From: Bryobacterales bacterium
Lineage (GTDB): Bacteria > Acidobacteriota > Terriglobia > Bryobacterales > UBA6623
Length of the DNA stretch: 64,000 nt
Direction of reading: 5' to 3'
NCBI GenBank assembly: GCA_965224215.1
Contig: CBDCYS010000078.1
Coordinates: 4,884-68,883, forward strand
Part shown: positions 21,526 through 32,927 of the stretch, one piece after another
Numbering within the stretch: the stretch's first letter is position 1
Layout: each line of letters opens with the position of its first letter
Notes under the pieces: generated by a model
Seen by the model: only the letters and a program-made list of their open reading frames with translations
What the model was told of the DNA's origin: nothing
Databases searched by the model: none
Translations under genes and position numbers: made by a program

Positions 21526-22689
21526 ATGTCCTTCAAGTTGACTACTGAACAGAAACAGATTCGCCAAACAGTGGCCCAGGTGTGCGGTGATTTCCCTGGT
21601 GAATACTGGCGCGAATTGGACTCTCGCGATGGCTATCCCGAGGAGTTCGTCAAGGCCTTGACCGAGGGCGGCTGGCTGGCGGCTTTGATTCCCGAGGAAT
21701 ACGGCGGCGGCGGACTTTCCCTGCTGGAGGCCAGTCTGATTCTCGAGCAGGTCAACCGCTCGGGCGGCAACTCAGCGGCGTGCCATGCCCAGATGTACAT
21801 CATGGGCACGCTGGTTCGTCACGGATCGGATGAGCAGCAGCGGCGCTATCTGCCCGCTCTGGCGCGCGGCGAATTGCGGTTGCAGGCTTTTGGCGTTACC
21901 GAGCCGACCACCGGTTCCGATACGACAAGTCTCAAGACGACGGCCGTTCGCCGCGGTGACAAGTACGTCATCAACGGGCAAAAAGTCTTCATCTCGCGCG
22001 TCGAGCATTCGGAGTTGATGCTGCTTCTGGCGCGGACAACGCCTATGGAGCAGGTGAAGAAGCGAACGGACGGGCTTTCCGTCTTTCTGGTGGATCTTCG
22101 CCAGGCAATCGGGCACGGGCTGACGGTGCGTCCGCTGCGCATGATGATCAACCACCACACCACCGAGCTTTTCCTCGACGACCTCGAAGTGCCGGCTGAA
22201 AACCTCGTAGGGGAGCAGGGCAAAGGCTTCCGGTGTATCCTGGACGGCTGGAACGCAGAACGTATCCTGATTGCAGCCGAGTGCATCGGCGATGGCCGCT
22301 GGTTCGTGGACCGGGCCTGCCGCTACGCCAACGACCGAGTGGTTTTTGATCGCCCGATCGGGAAGAACCAGGGCGTGCAGTTCCCCATCGCGAGGGCGCA
22401 CGCGCACGTCGAAGCCGCCGACTTGGTGCGCTTTGAGGCAGCCCAGTTATTCGACAGGGGAGAAGCATGCGGGGCGCAGGCGAATATGGCCAAACTGCTG
22501 GCCGCGGATGCCTCCTGGGAAGCGGCCAACGTTGCCATGGATACGCACGGCGGGTTCGGCTTCGCCGCCGACTACGATGTCGAACGTAAGTTCCGCGAGA
22601 CGCGGCTCTACCAAGTTGCGCCGGTGTCGACGAACTTGATTCTGGCCTACATCGCGGAGCACGTGCTGGGACTGCCGAGATCTTACTGA
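21526..22689 (+). CDS. Acyl-CoA dehydrogenase
   Basis: IPEEYGGGG, AFGVTEPTTGSDT, INGQKVFISR, RVVFDRPIGKNQGVQF, HGGFGFAADY. Confidence 0.92.
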   Translation: MSFKLTTEQKQIRQTVAQVCGDFPGEYWRELDSRDGYPEEFVKALTEGGWLAALIPEEYGGGGLSLLEASLILEQVNRSGGNSAACHAQMYIMGTLVRHGSDEQQRRYLPALARGELRLQAFGVTEPTTGSDTTSLKTTAVRRGDKYVINGQKVFISRVEHSELMLLLARTTPMEQVKKRTDGLSVFLVDLRQAIGHGLTVRPLRMMINHHTTELFLDDLEVPAENLVGEQGKGFRCILDGWNAERILIAAECIGDGRWFVDRACRYANDRVVFDRPIGKNQGVQFPIARAHAHVEAADLVRFEAAQLFDRGEACGAQANMAKLLAADASWEAANVAMDTHGGFGFAADYDVERKFRETRLYQVAPVSTNLILAYIAEHVLGLPRSY

Positions 22690-22716
22690 AGGCCCGCGCC
22701 CGTTGGCGGAGAAAGC

Positions 22717-23382
22717 ATGAGGATGGATCAAAGATTGGAACGGCTCGGATTGGAACGGCTCGGATTGCAGGGGCTGGGATTGCCGAGCTGGCCTCGCACG
22801 ATTTTGTCGACGCTGTTGCTCATGCTCGGTCTGCTTTGCGCCCCCGGTTGTGGCCAGAGCGAGAGCGGGGAATCCGCGTCGCTGACTCCAGCGGCGGAGA
22901 GCGGCACCGCGGACGAGAGTCTTCGTGACGCGGCTTTCGCGGGCGAGGTCGCCCAAGTGCAGCGTGCACTCGACCAAGGGGCTGACGTGAATACGGCCGA
23001 TGAAGAAAACCGCACGCCGCTGATGCTGGCGGCCTTCAACGATTTCGCGGATGTCGCGAAATTGCTGCTTGACCGGGGTGCTCACGTGGACGACCGTGAC
23101 AAAGCCGGACGGACGGCTCTGCTCTATGCCGCCAGTGGTCCGAACGTGAGGACGGTGCGGTTGCTACTCGGCCAAGGGGCTGACGTGAACGCGACTGACG
23201 GTGGGGAAGGCTGGACGGCGCTGATGTTCGCGGCAGCCGAGGGGCATGCCACGGTGGTACAAGCTCTGGTCGAAAACGGCGCGGATACATCGATTCAGGA
23301 TGTGGACGGGGAAACAGCCCTCAAGTTCGCTACCGATAAGGGCCACACGAGCGTGATCGGGGTGCTGGAAAAAGTCCGTTGA
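22717..23382 (+). CDS. Ankyrin-repeat protein with probable lipoprotein/signal sequence
   Basis: GADVN...RTPLMLAA, GRTALLYAA, GWTALMFAA, GETALKFA ankyrin units; hydrophobic stretch ending LCAPGC. Confidence 0.88.
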   Translation: MRMDQRLERLGLERLGLQGLGLPSWPRTILSTLLLMLGLLCAPGCGQSESGESASLTPAAESGTADESLRDAAFAGEVAQVQRALDQGADVNTADEENRTPLMLAAFNDFADVAKLLLDRGAHVDDRDKAGRTALLYAASGPNVRTVRLLLGQGADVNATDGGEGWTALMFAAAEGHATVVQALVENGADTSIQDVDGETALKFATDKGHTSVIGVLEKVR

Positions 23383-23606
23383 GGCGTCTGCAAGAGAGCC
23401 CACACGATTTCGCCAAGACGGTGATGGAACCGGGTTCCATCGCGGAGCAACCTCGTGTCACCCAGCCGCTACCGAGGATGCGCTGCGAGACATGACCGAC
23501 GATGATCTGACGGTACGCCGCCGTGACCTCTCGCGGCAAGGGGGTCCGTCTACGCTATCCGCGGACTCCCGTCCGCGGCTTCGTCCGGCCGTCTGGAATT
23601 TTCCGT

Positions 23607-25076
23607 CTACGCCAGCAGCTCTTTGACCACCTGGGCCGGCTCCACGCCGGTCAGCTTGGCGTCCAGTCCTTGGTGCCTGTAGGTGAAGCGCTCGTGGTCG
23701 ATCCCGAACAACTGCAGAATCGTCGCTTGGTAATCGCGAATGTGCACTGGATCCTTCACGATGTTGTAGGAGAAATCGTCCGTCTCGCCGTGAACAACGC
23801 CCCCCTTTATGCCGCCGCCGGCCATCCATAGGCTGTAGCAGCGCGGATGATGGTCGCGGCCGTAGTCGGTGGGAGTCAGCTTGCCTTGAGAGTAGATCGT
23901 GCGGCCGAACTCACCGCCCCAAATCACCAGGGTTTCGTCGAAGAGTCCTCGCTCCTTGAGGTCTTGAATCAACGCCCAGGCGGCGCGATCGACATCCTTG
24001 GCCTGCGCCGGCAAAACTTCCGGCGCAAACGAGTGGACGTCCCAGCCGCGGTGATAGATCTGCACAAAGCGGACGCCGCGTTCGACAAGGCGTCGCGCCA
24101 TCAGAGCAGCGTTCTGGAACTTGCCGGGCTGTTTCGCTTCCTCACCCCAGCGCTTGAATGTGCTTTCCGGCTCGCTCGCGATGTCGCCCATTTCGGGCAC
24201 CGACGACTGCATCCGAAATGCCATCTCGTACTGCGCGATCCGGGCCAGCGTTTCCGGGTCACCGATCTTTTCATGTTGGATCTGGTTGAGCTCACTCAAC
24301 CCGTCAAGCATTTCTCTGCGTACGCTGGATGAGACACCGTCGGGATTCTTGACGTAGAGCACAGGCTCGGCACCACCGCGCAATCCTACGCCGGCATACT
24401 TCGCCGAGAGAAACCCCGAACTCCACAGCTTGGCCGAAATCGCTTGTTGTCCCGATTTGGGATGGCTCTTCTCCGCGTTCATCACAACAAACGTGGGAAG
24501 GTCCTCGTTCATGCTGCCAAGCCCGTAAGCCAGCCACGAGCCGATGCAAGGTCTGCCGGCAACCTGATTGCCGGTCTGGATGAACGTGATCGCCGGCTCG
24601 TGGTTGATGGCATCCGTGTTCATCGACCGGATGATGGCTAGATCATCCACCATGCTGGCCGTGTGCGGTAGCAGCTCTGAGATCCAAGCGCCGCTTTGAC
24701 CGTGCTGGTTGAACTTGAAGACCGAAGGCGCAATCGGGAAGCGCGCTTGTCCCGAGGTCATCGTCGTCAGCCGCTGGCCCTTGCGGATCGACTCCGGCAA
24801 GTCTTTGTCATACCATTCCTTCATCTTCGGCTTGTAATCAAGCAAGTCCATCTGCGGCGGTGCGCCCATCATGTGGAGGTAGATGCAGCGCTTCGCCTTC
24901 GGCGCGAAGTGCGGCAGGCCCGGCAGGCCGCCGATCGATTCGCCGCCGCCTGTAGGACCTGCGAGGCCGCTTCCTGCCATTAGGTTCGCCAGCGCGATGC
25001 CGCCGATGCCCTTGGCTCCACGGGAGAAAAACTGTCGTCTGGTTTCCGCAAGGATTGCTTCTTTGTATGGATGCAT
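23607..25076 (-). CDS. DUF1501 domain protein (Tat-exported, sulfatase-like)
   Basis: TRRQFF Tat motif, PHFAPKAKRCIYLHM, ARRLVERGVRFVQ, WGGEFGRT, GRDHHP. Confidence 0.9.
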   Translation of the reverse strand: MHPYKEAILAETRRQFFSRGAKGIGGIALANLMAGSGLAGPTGGGESIGGLPGLPHFAPKAKRCIYLHMMGAPPQMDLLDYKPKMKEWYDKDLPESIRKGQRLTTMTSGQARFPIAPSVFKFNQHGQSGAWISELLPHTASMVDDLAIIRSMNTDAINHEPAITFIQTGNQVAGRPCIGSWLAYGLGSMNEDLPTFVVMNAEKSHPKSGQQAISAKLWSSGFLSAKYAGVGLRGGAEPVLYVKNPDGVSSSVRREMLDGLSELNQIQHEKIGDPETLARIAQYEMAFRMQSSVPEMGDIASEPESTFKRWGEEAKQPGKFQNAALMARRLVERGVRFVQIYHRGWDVHSFAPEVLPAQAKDVDRAAWALIQDLKERGLFDETLVIWGGEFGRTIYSQGKLTPTDYGRDHHPRCYSLWMAGGGIKGGVVHGETDDFSYNIVKDPVHIRDYQATILQLFGIDHERFTYRHQGLDAKLTGVEPAQVVKELLA

Positions 25077-25156
25077 TTCTCAAAATCCTCCGCAAGTGGA
25101 CTGCTTCCTCTAGGATGCAGCCTCTGCCGCCGCGGGCTGACGCCCGCGGTTCTGAA

Positions 25157-28100
25157 TTACTTATTTAGTACCTCGTCCAAATTGATCATCTGGTTCGCGA
25201 CCATCGTCAACGCCGCCGACTCGGCGGCCGGCAGGGCTTCATCCGCAGCGGACTCGCCGGTCGCAAGCAGCTTCTCCGCATCTTGACCGTGCTCGCCGTA
25301 GTAGCCGACGAAAGCTTCATAAGTCCGCCTGGCAACGGCCCGTTCCTTTTCTCCGAAATCGCGTGCCAGCAGTCGAGCGCTCATGTAATCGAGCTGGCGG
25401 TCGAAATCGTCCCCGGCTTCACGAATCGCCTTCTGCGCCAGGTGACGAACGGCCTCGACGAACTGCGGATCGTTCATGGTCACCAGCGCCTGCAGCGGCG
25501 TGTTGGTCCTCTCACGTCGCACGGTCGAATGCTCACGCGTGGGCGCGTTGAAAATGTTCATCGAAGCCGGTGGCGCGGAGCGCTTCCAGAACGTATACAT
25601 GCTGCGGCGGTATAGTTTGTCACCACTGTCGTGCGTATAGTGCCGCGTATTGCTGGAGAGCATCGCTACGCTTTCCCAAACACCTTCGGGTTGGTAGGGC
25701 TTCACGCTCGGGCCGCCGATCTTGCGCACGAGCAATCCGCTGGCCGCCAAGGCGTAGTCCCGGACCATCTCGCCGTCCATTCGGAAACGCGGTCCGCGAG
25801 AAAGCAGGCGGTTGTCCGCATCCTTATCGGCCTTGGCATCGGTGGTCTCCGATGACTGGCGGTAAGTCGAGGAAGTGACCATCATACGGAAGAAGTCCTT
25901 CACATCCCAGCCCGACTCCCGGAACTCCACCGCGAGCCAGTCCAACAACTCGGGATGGGATGGGGTTTCACCCTGGGAGCCGAAATCGTCGCTGGTCCTG
26001 ACGATTCCGTTTCCGAAAACTTGCTGCCAGTAGCGGTTAACGATCACGCGCGCCGTGAGCGGGTTCGCATCATCGACGATCCACTTGGCTAACCCCAGCC
26101 GGTTGCGAGGCAGCGAAGCGGCCATGGGGTGCAAGGCCGGCGGCGTGCCCGCTTTCACTAGTTCCGTGCGCTGGTCATACATTCCGCGGGTCAGAATATG
26201 CGCCTCGGGCTCGTGGCCCTGGATCTCCTTCATTACATGCGTGACCCCGCCCCGGCGGCGCAGCTCTCGCCAGCTCAACTCAATTTTGCTCTTGCGGGAC
26301 ATCAAGCTGCGATAGCCCTTATGCTCTCGCGTAAGAAAGTAGAGACGCAAGGCGTCACGCTCTTCGCTCGTCAGTTGGTCGGGTTGCTTCTCTGTCGCTC
26401 GCTTCAACACAGCCCACTGCGAGACGAGCTTGGCCTCGTCGACCGAGATCGCGCGATTGAAGATCCGCAGGTCTGCTATTCCACCTCCGCTCATATAGCG
26501 GGTCTTAATCTCATCGCGGCCGCCTCTGCCCCTGTTATCACCTTTCGCGAGCATCAGAGGACGGTCGGCGCGGATGCTTCCCTGCACTTTCGTGAAATAC
26601 TCGCTGCCCTGCACCGGTATGATTTCACCGTTCGTATAGAAGCGCAGGCCCGCCCACTCACCGGAGCCGTCGTGCGTGACGGTGATGTGGGTCCACTCCG
26701 CGGCAGGCAAGCGCCGCAAGTTGTTAGGAACGATCGTGACGCTCGAACGCCCCCCTTCGTCCTCTGCCCCGTCGCCCTCAACCTTGTCGCCGGTCATCTT
26801 GAAAATGAGCTGCCTTTCGGCGATTTCAAATGTCCAGCCACGGGACCCGTCGTCGGGATCGTTCTGGCCCGCGACAATAAAGCTCCCCGCGTCGTTGGGG
26901 TGAAAAATCCACAGGGCCATGGAGAACGCCGAATCGCTATCCAGTTCCTGGGAGGGAAGCTCGGCCCACGACTCTTCTCCGAACAATAGCCCTGGCAAAT
27001 CCTTGTCGGGCCCCTTCCCGGCGGCCGCGCCACCGTGCAAGCTGACGTCCTGGCGTTGGCCTCCCATCTCGATCTCTGGCTTGCCGTCGAGTGAAAGCGT
27101 CAACTGCGCGGCTGATTCTTCGAGCGGCGCCTTGACGGACCGATAATCGCCACTTCCGAGCCAGGCCGTGAACTCGGCGTCAACCGCGTCGCCCGACGAC
27201 CTGAGGCGATCCAATGCGGCATCGGTTTCGGTTGCCTCCGCGCGCAGTTTGTTCCACTCCTCGCGGTCGTCCTCGACGGGAACGACGAGCACGGGTGGTG
27301 GATCGGATACATTCCCGTCCATCACAAACTGCGTGGTGTTTCGGAAGAAAGCCGTCAGCGAATAGAAGTCTCGCTGCGCTATCGGGTCGAACTTGTGGTC
27401 GTGGCAAGTGGCACACCCAACCGTCAATCCCAGAAACACCGTGCCCGTGGTATCGGCGCGGTCCTTGGCGTAGATGACCTCATATTCCTCGGGGATCACG
27501 CCACCTTCATTCGTAGTCATGTTGCATCGCTGGAAGCCCGTGGCGACCAGTTGATCGAGCGTCGGGTTGGGCAGAAGGTCGCCCGCGATTTGCTCAACAG
27601 CAAACTCATCGAAAGGCTTATTCTCGTTGAAAGCCTGAATCACCCAGTCCCGGTAGGCCCACATCTCGCGGTAGTTGTCTATGTGGATGCCGTGCGTATC
27701 CGCGTAACGCGCTGCGTCAAGCCAGTAACGGCCTCGGTGCTCTCCCCAATGTTTTGACGCGAGCAACTTGTCGACCAGCGTCTCGTAAGCGTTCGCCGAC
27801 GTATCGCTGAGAAAACTCTCGAGGACACCCTGATCAGGCGGCAGTCCAGTCAAGTCAAGCGCGACGCGTCGGGCCAGAGTTCGCTTGTCAGCTTCGGGAG
27901 CCGGCTCCAATCCCTCTTGCTCCAGCCGCTCAAGAATAAAGCGATCCAGTGGGTTTCCCACCCAGCTAGCCTTCTCAACCTGCGGTGGCTCCTGCTTCTC
28001 CAGCGGCACAAAGGACCAGTGCTGATCCCACGACGCGCCTTCCTCAATCCAGCGCCTCAAAATGTCAATCTGCTCCACCGTCAATTCCTTCTTGGAATGG

Positions 28101-28411
28101 GCGGGCGGCATCCGCAGAACTTCGCTCTTGTGCGTGATTCGCTGATAGAACAGGCTGGCTTCCAGATCGCCGGGAACGATCGTCGTGCCATTGTCGCGTT
28201 TGGAAAGCGCACCCTCGTGCGTGTCGAGACGCAGGCCTGCCATCCGAGTGCCCTCATCCGGGCCATGGCACTGGAAACACTTGTCCGAGAGGATCGCTCG
28301 CACTTCGCGCTGGAAGTCGACCTTATCGGAAGCACTCCTGGGCGGCGCGGCAAACGCGGCGGCGGACAACAGGCTCAACGTAACGACTTGGCGGAAAATT
28401 AACCGATTCAT
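25157..28411 (-). CDS. PSD1/planctomycete cytochrome c (PSCyt1)-DUF1549-LamG-DUF1553 protein, paralog A
   Basis: [42 protein letters not shown], central LamG-like [27 protein letters not shown]. Confidence 0.9.
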   Translation of the reverse strand: MNRLIFRQVVTLSLLSAAAFAAPPRSASDKVDFQREVRAILSDKCFQCHGPDEGTRMAGLRLDTHEGALSKRDNGTTIVPGDLEASLFYQRITHKSEVLRMPPAHSKKELTVEQIDILRRWIEEGASWDQHWSFVPLEKQEPPQVEKASWVGNPLDRFILERLEQEGLEPAPEADKRTLARRVALDLTGLPPDQGVLESFLSDTSANAYETLVDKLLASKHWGEHRGRYWLDAARYADTHGIHIDNYREMWAYRDWVIQAFNENKPFDEFAVEQIAGDLLPNPTLDQLVATGFQRCNMTTNEGGVIPEEYEVIYAKDRADTTGTVFLGLTVGCATCHDHKFDPIAQRDFYSLTAFFRNTTQFVMDGNVSDPPPVLVVPVEDDREEWNKLRAEATETDAALDRLRSSGDAVDAEFTAWLGSGDYRSVKAPLEESAAQLTLSLDGKPEIEMGGQRQDVSLHGGAAAGKGPDKDLPGLLFGEESWAELPSQELDSDSAFSMALWIFHPNDAGSFIVAGQNDPDDGSRGWTFEIAERQLIFKMTGDKVEGDGAEDEGGRSSVTIVPNNLRRLPAAEWTHITVTHDGSGEWAGLRFYTNGEIIPVQGSEYFTKVQGSIRADRPLMLAKGDNRGRGGRDEIKTRYMSGGGIADLRIFNRAISVDEAKLVSQWAVLKRATEKQPDQLTSEERDALRLYFLTREHKGYRSLMSRKSKIELSWRELRRRGGVTHVMKEIQGHEPEAHILTRGMYDQRTELVKAGTPPALHPMAASLPRNRLGLAKWIVDDANPLTARVIVNRYWQQVFGNGIVRTSDDFGSQGETPSHPELLDWLAVEFRESGWDVKDFFRMMVTSSTYRQSSETTDAKADKDADNRLLSRGPRFRMDGEMVRDYALAASGLLVRKIGGPSVKPYQPEGVWESVAMLSSNTRHYTHDSGDKLYRRSMYTFWKRSAPPASMNIFNAPTREHSTVRRERTNTPLQALVTMNDPQFVEAVRHLAQKAIREAGDDFDRQLDYMSARLLARDFGEKERAVARRTYEAFVGYYGEHGQDAEKLLATGESAADEALPAAESAALTMVANQMINLDEVLNK

Positions 28412-28507
28412 GCGGGCACCTATCCTATATCCTGTAAAACTTCACCATCTGATTCTATGGAACTGCACCATCTGGATCTACACCATGATTCTATAACCGG
28501 CTCTGAT

Positions 28508-31500
28508 CTACTTGTTCAATACTTCGTCCAAATTGATGATCTGGTTAGCGACCATCGTCAATGCCGCTGACTCAACCGCCGGCAGGGCCTCGTCTGGAGC
28601 GGACTCGCCGGTCGAAAGCAGCTTCTCTGCATCTTGACCGTGCTCGCCATAGTAGCCAACGAAACCATCATAGGTGCGCCTGGCAACGGCCCGTTCCTGT
28701 TCTCCGAAATCGCGTGCCAGCAATCGCGTGCTCAGGTAATCAAGCTGGCGGTCGAAATCGTCCCCGGCCTCACGCATGGCCTTCTGCGCCAGGTGACGCG
28801 CCGCCTCGACGAACTGCGGATCGTTCATGGTCACCAGGGCCTGCAGCGGCGTGTTGGTCCTCTCACGTCGCACGATCGAATGCTCCCGCGTGGGTGCGTT
28901 GAAGATATCCATGGAAGCCGGCGGCGCCGCGCGTTTCCAGAACGTATACATGCTGCGGCGGTAGAGCTTGTCCCCGGCGTCTTGCTTGTAGTGCCGTGTG
29001 TTGCTGATCGTCATCGCCACGCTTTCCCAAACTCCCTCGGGCTGGTAGGGCTTCACGCTCGGTCCGCCGATCTTGCGCACGAGCAATCCGCTGGCAGCCA
29101 AGGCGTAGTCGCGAACCATCTCGCCGTCCATTCGGAAACGCGGTCCGCGCGAAAGCAGGCGGTTGTCCGCATCCTTTTCGGCCTTGGCCTCGGTGGTCTC
29201 CGATGACTGGCGATAAGTCGAGGAAGTGACCATTATACGGAAGAAGTCCTTCACATCCCAGCCCGACTCCCGGAACTCCACTGCAAGCCAATCAAGCAAC
29301 TCGGGATGGGTAGGCGGTTCACCCTGGGAGCCGAAATCGTCGCTGGTTGTGACGATACCGCTGCCGAACACCTGCTGCCAGAAACGGTTCACGGTAACGC
29401 GTGCCGTCAACGGATTCGAGTCGTCCACCAGCCATCGGGCAAGGCCCAGCCGGTTACGGGGAAACGCGGCCGGCATCCTCGGCAACGTCCCGGGAGTGCT
29501 GGCCTCGACTTCCTCACCAGGTTGATCGTAGAGACCACGGTTGAGAATGTGGGCCGAAGGCATATGTTCGGCCCGCTCTTGCATGACGTGGGTCGCCGCT
29601 CCGCGGCGACGAATCTCCCGTTGCTCTTTGCTGAGTTCGAGGGAAGTCCTCCCGCGCGCACGCGACAAAACCGGCCAGAGCGAAACCAGGCGCGCCTCGT
29701 CCAGGCTGATGGCTCGATCAAAAACCCGCAAGTCCGCTATGGCGCCACCGGTGAAGTAACTTTCCTCGTAGCCGTCTCCGGATTGGGAGGTTTGCTTGCC
29801 GAGGAGCAACGGCTGACCGGTCAGAATATTGCCCTCGAGACTGGTAAAGTACTCGCTTCCAAGGGTCGGCACCATCTCGCCATTGAGATAGTAGTTGAGC
29901 CCGGCTCGCTCCCCGCTGCCGTCGTAGCTGACGGCCAGGCGATTCCATGTCCCGGCTTGCAACTCCTCCAGTGGTCCAGCCCCGACCTCAAGCTTGCTTT
30001 GAGCCGAGGTGGCCTCCACGTTGTCTCCGAACATCTTGAATTTCGGTCTCCGGGCGCCGATATCAATCGACCAGCCGCGCTTGTGATCGTCTGGATCGGT
30101 CTGACTCATCACGACGACGTTGCCCGTGTTCAACGGCTGCAGGAACCATAGTGCGATAGAGAATGGCTTCCGAGCGTCGAGTTCAAGATTGGGTAGCTCC
30201 GCCCAGGATTGGTCGTCGAAATGAAGTGCCGGCTGGCCTTCCTCCGGTCCCTCTCCCAGCTTCACGTCTCCAGAGAACTCGATCGCGTTGAGTCCATCGC
30301 GCCGGGCCGCGCGCGCCTCACTGGCCATTGAGAGTGTCAAGATTTCGGAAGACTCGTCCAGAGGTGTCTTCAACGACCTGTGGGCTCCGCTTTTTAGCCA
30401 GGTCTCGAACTTGCCCTCGGCGGCGGCGGAAACTTTTTCGCGGCGCCCCTTGACGTCGTCGGCCTTTTGCTCAAGCTCTCGCCAGTGGTCCCGGTCGCCC
30501 GCCCGAGGCACAACCACGATGGGTGCGGAATCCGCTACATTCCCGTCCATCACGTACTGCGTGGTGTTCCGGAAGAAGGCCGTCATCGAGTAAAAGTCTT
30601 TCTGCGAGATTGGGTCGAACTTGTGGTCGTGACAGGTGGCGCAACCGACCGTCAGGCCGAGCCAGACTAGGCCGGTCGTGTCAGCACGATCCTTGGCATA
30701 AATCGCCTCGTATTCGGCCGGAATGAGGCCCGCCTCATTCGTGGTGACGTTGGAGCGGTGGAAGCCCGTTGCAACGCGCTGGTCGAGAGTTGGATCGGGT
30801 AAAAGGTCGCCGGCGAGTTGCTCCACGGTGAACTGATCGAAGGGCTGGTTTCGATTGAATGCCTGAATCACCCAGTCCCGGTAGGGCCACATCTCGCGAT
30901 AGTTGTCGACATGTAACCCATGCGTATCGCCGTACCGCGCCGCGTCAAGCCAGTAGCGGCCCCTGTGCTCTCCCCAATGTTTGGACTTGAGCAATTTGTC
31001 GACCAACTTCTCGTAGGCGCTCGCCGACGTATCGCTAAGAAAAGTCTCGAGGACACCCGGATCAGGCGGCAGGCCAGTCAAGTCAAGCGCCACCCGCCGG
31101 GCCAGGGTCCGTTTGTCGGCTTCCGGAGCCGGCGCCAGCCCATCTTGTTCGAGCTGTTTGAGGATAAAGCGGTCCAGTGGGTTGCGTATCCAGCTAGCCT
31201 TGTCGACCTGTGGTGGCTCTGGCCTCTGCAGCGTCTCGAACGACCAATGCTGGTCCCACGATGCGCCTGCTTCGATCCAGCGCCGCAGAACGTCGATCTG
31301 CTCCACCGTCAATTCCCGCTTGGAATGGACAGGCGGCATCCGCAGAACTTCGTTCTGGTGGGTGATGCGCTGATAGAACAGGCTGGCTTCCGGATCGCCG
31401 GGAACGATCGTCGTGCCGCTGGACCGCTTGGAGAATGCACCCTCGTTTGTGTCGAGGCGCAGGCCCGCCATCCGGGTGCCCCCATCGGGGCCATGACAAA

Positions 31501-31639
31501 GGAAACAATTTTCGGAGAGAATCGGCCGCACTTGGCGCTGGAAGTCGACCTTATCGGAGGCACTCCTGGGAGGAGCGGAGAATGCGGTGACAGACAACAA
31601 GCTCAACGTAACGGCTTGGCAGAAAAGTAAACGATACAT
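28508..31639 (-). CDS. PSD1/PSCyt1-DUF1549-LamG-DUF1553 protein, paralog B (tandem duplicate)
   Basis: Same architecture ([33 protein letters not shown]). C-terminus nearly identical to paralog A; similar RBS GGATAGGTGC. Confidence 0.9.
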   Translation of the reverse strand: MYRLLFCQAVTLSLLSVTAFSAPPRSASDKVDFQRQVRPILSENCFLCHGPDGGTRMAGLRLDTNEGAFSKRSSGTTIVPGDPEASLFYQRITHQNEVLRMPPVHSKRELTVEQIDVLRRWIEAGASWDQHWSFETLQRPEPPQVDKASWIRNPLDRFILKQLEQDGLAPAPEADKRTLARRVALDLTGLPPDPGVLETFLSDTSASAYEKLVDKLLKSKHWGEHRGRYWLDAARYGDTHGLHVDNYREMWPYRDWVIQAFNRNQPFDQFTVEQLAGDLLPDPTLDQRVATGFHRSNVTTNEAGLIPAEYEAIYAKDRADTTGLVWLGLTVGCATCHDHKFDPISQKDFYSMTAFFRNTTQYVMDGNVADSAPIVVVPRAGDRDHWRELEQKADDVKGRREKVSAAAEGKFETWLKSGAHRSLKTPLDESSEILTLSMASEARAARRDGLNAIEFSGDVKLGEGPEEGQPALHFDDQSWAELPNLELDARKPFSIALWFLQPLNTGNVVVMSQTDPDDHKRGWSIDIGARRPKFKMFGDNVEATSAQSKLEVGAGPLEELQAGTWNRLAVSYDGSGERAGLNYYLNGEMVPTLGSEYFTSLEGNILTGQPLLLGKQTSQSGDGYEESYFTGGAIADLRVFDRAISLDEARLVSLWPVLSRARGRTSLELSKEQREIRRRGAATHVMQERAEHMPSAHILNRGLYDQPGEEVEASTPGTLPRMPAAFPRNRLGLARWLVDDSNPLTARVTVNRFWQQVFGSGIVTTSDDFGSQGEPPTHPELLDWLAVEFRESGWDVKDFFRIMVTSSTYRQSSETTEAKAEKDADNRLLSRGPRFRMDGEMVRDYALAASGLLVRKIGGPSVKPYQPEGVWESVAMTISNTRHYKQDAGDKLYRRSMYTFWKRAAPPASMDIFNAPTREHSIVRRERTNTPLQALVTMNDPQFVEAARHLAQKAMREAGDDFDRQLDYLSTRLLARDFGEQERAVARRTYDGFVGYYGEHGQDAEKLLSTGESAPDEALPAVESAALTMVANQIINLDEVLNK

Positions 31640-31823
31640 CCGCACCTATCCCGAAAAGTTGCTCTATCTGTATTCTATACCCGCCCGCTAAGGTGAGCAA
31701 AACCTCGCCCCGCCAAAGAGCGTATCCTCGCCTTCGCTAACGGTGGGGACCGGCATCCTTGCCGGTCTATCGCCGCGAAGCGGCGAAGCAGCCCAATCCT
31801 ATCGACTCAGTGAAACAATCGGA

Positions 31824-32927
31824 CTATTGAAACGTCAGTACTCCCCTAGCCACCTTCCCCGACTCCATATCATCGAATGCCTGAGGCAGCTCCTCCAGCG
31901 GATAACGCTTCGTAATCAGATCATCCAACTGAAGCTTCCCTGACCGATAGAGGTCCACCAACATCGGTAGATCAATCCGAGGGCGAATCGAACCAACAAA
32001 CGAACCGAACAGCCGCTTATTCTGCAGCACAAGGGCCCCGGCCGAAATCGGCACGTCGGTCTTTGCGGAGTGCAACCCAATAATCGTAGCGGTGCCGCCG
32101 GGCCGTGCCGCCATCAGCGCTTGAGAGATCGTCGCGGCTGCGCCCACACTGTCGAAAACGTACTCCGGCCCGCCACCGGTTAACTCACGCAGGGCCCCGA
32201 CAGCATCGGTTTCCGTCGAGTTCACCGTGTGGGTAGCGCCCATGCGGCGGGCGAAGTCGAGCTTCGAGTCCATCACATCGACCGCGATGATGGGGTTGCA
32301 ACCGGCCAGCTTGCAGCCCTGAATGGCGCTCAAGCCGATGCCGCCGCAGCCGATGACCGCCGCGGGAAGGCCCGCTTTTGCCTGGGCGGTGTTGATCACC
32401 GCGCCGACGCCGGTTGCTACTGCACAGCCGATCACAGCGGCAATCTCGAAAGAAACATCTTCGGGAAACGGAATCGCGCTCGCTTCATCGATCACGCAGT
32501 ATTCCGCCATCGTGGCGGCGCTAAGCAGGTGCTTGAGCGGAATACCGTCTAGAGTTTTGAGGCGGGTGGTGCCGTCGAGAAGCACGGCTTTGAAAGTGGT
32601 CGCGGCCAGCCGCTCGCAGAGATTGTGCCGCCCGTTCAAACATCGCGAGCAAGACTCGCAGGCCGGAAGCCAATTCACGATGATGCGGTCGCCCGGCTTG
32701 ACCCTCGTGACGCGGCTGCCCACAGCCTCGACCACGCCTGCGCCTTCATGACCGAGGACCAACGGAGGCGTCGCCCGCAACTCACCCCGATAGGTGTGCA
32801 AGTCGGAGTGACAGACCCCGGCGGCATGCAAACGCACAAGAACTTCGGTATCTTTGGGATCGTCCAGCTCGACTTCTTCGATGGTCAGCTGGCCGATTTC
32901 GCGCGCAAGCGCCGCTTTCATTCGCAT
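31824..32927 (-). CDS. Zn-dependent alcohol dehydrogenase (class III-like MDR)
   Basis: GVCHSDLH, GHEGAG, CESCSRC...C structural Zn site, IGCGGIG. Confidence 0.92.
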   Translation of the reverse strand: MRMKAALAREIGQLTIEEVELDDPKDTEVLVRLHAAGVCHSDLHTYRGELRATPPLVLGHEGAGVVEAVGSRVTRVKPGDRIIVNWLPACESCSRCLNGRHNLCERLAATTFKAVLLDGTTRLKTLDGIPLKHLLSAATMAEYCVIDEASAIPFPEDVSFEIAAVIGCAVATGVGAVINTAQAKAGLPAAVIGCGGIGLSAIQGCKLAGCNPIIAVDVMDSKLDFARRMGATHTVNSTETDAVGALRELTGGGPEYVFDSVGAAATISQALMAARPGGTATIIGLHSAKTDVPISAGALVLQNKRLFGSFVGSIRPRIDLPMLVDLYRSGKLQLDDLITKRYPLEELPQAFDDMESGKVARGVLTFQ

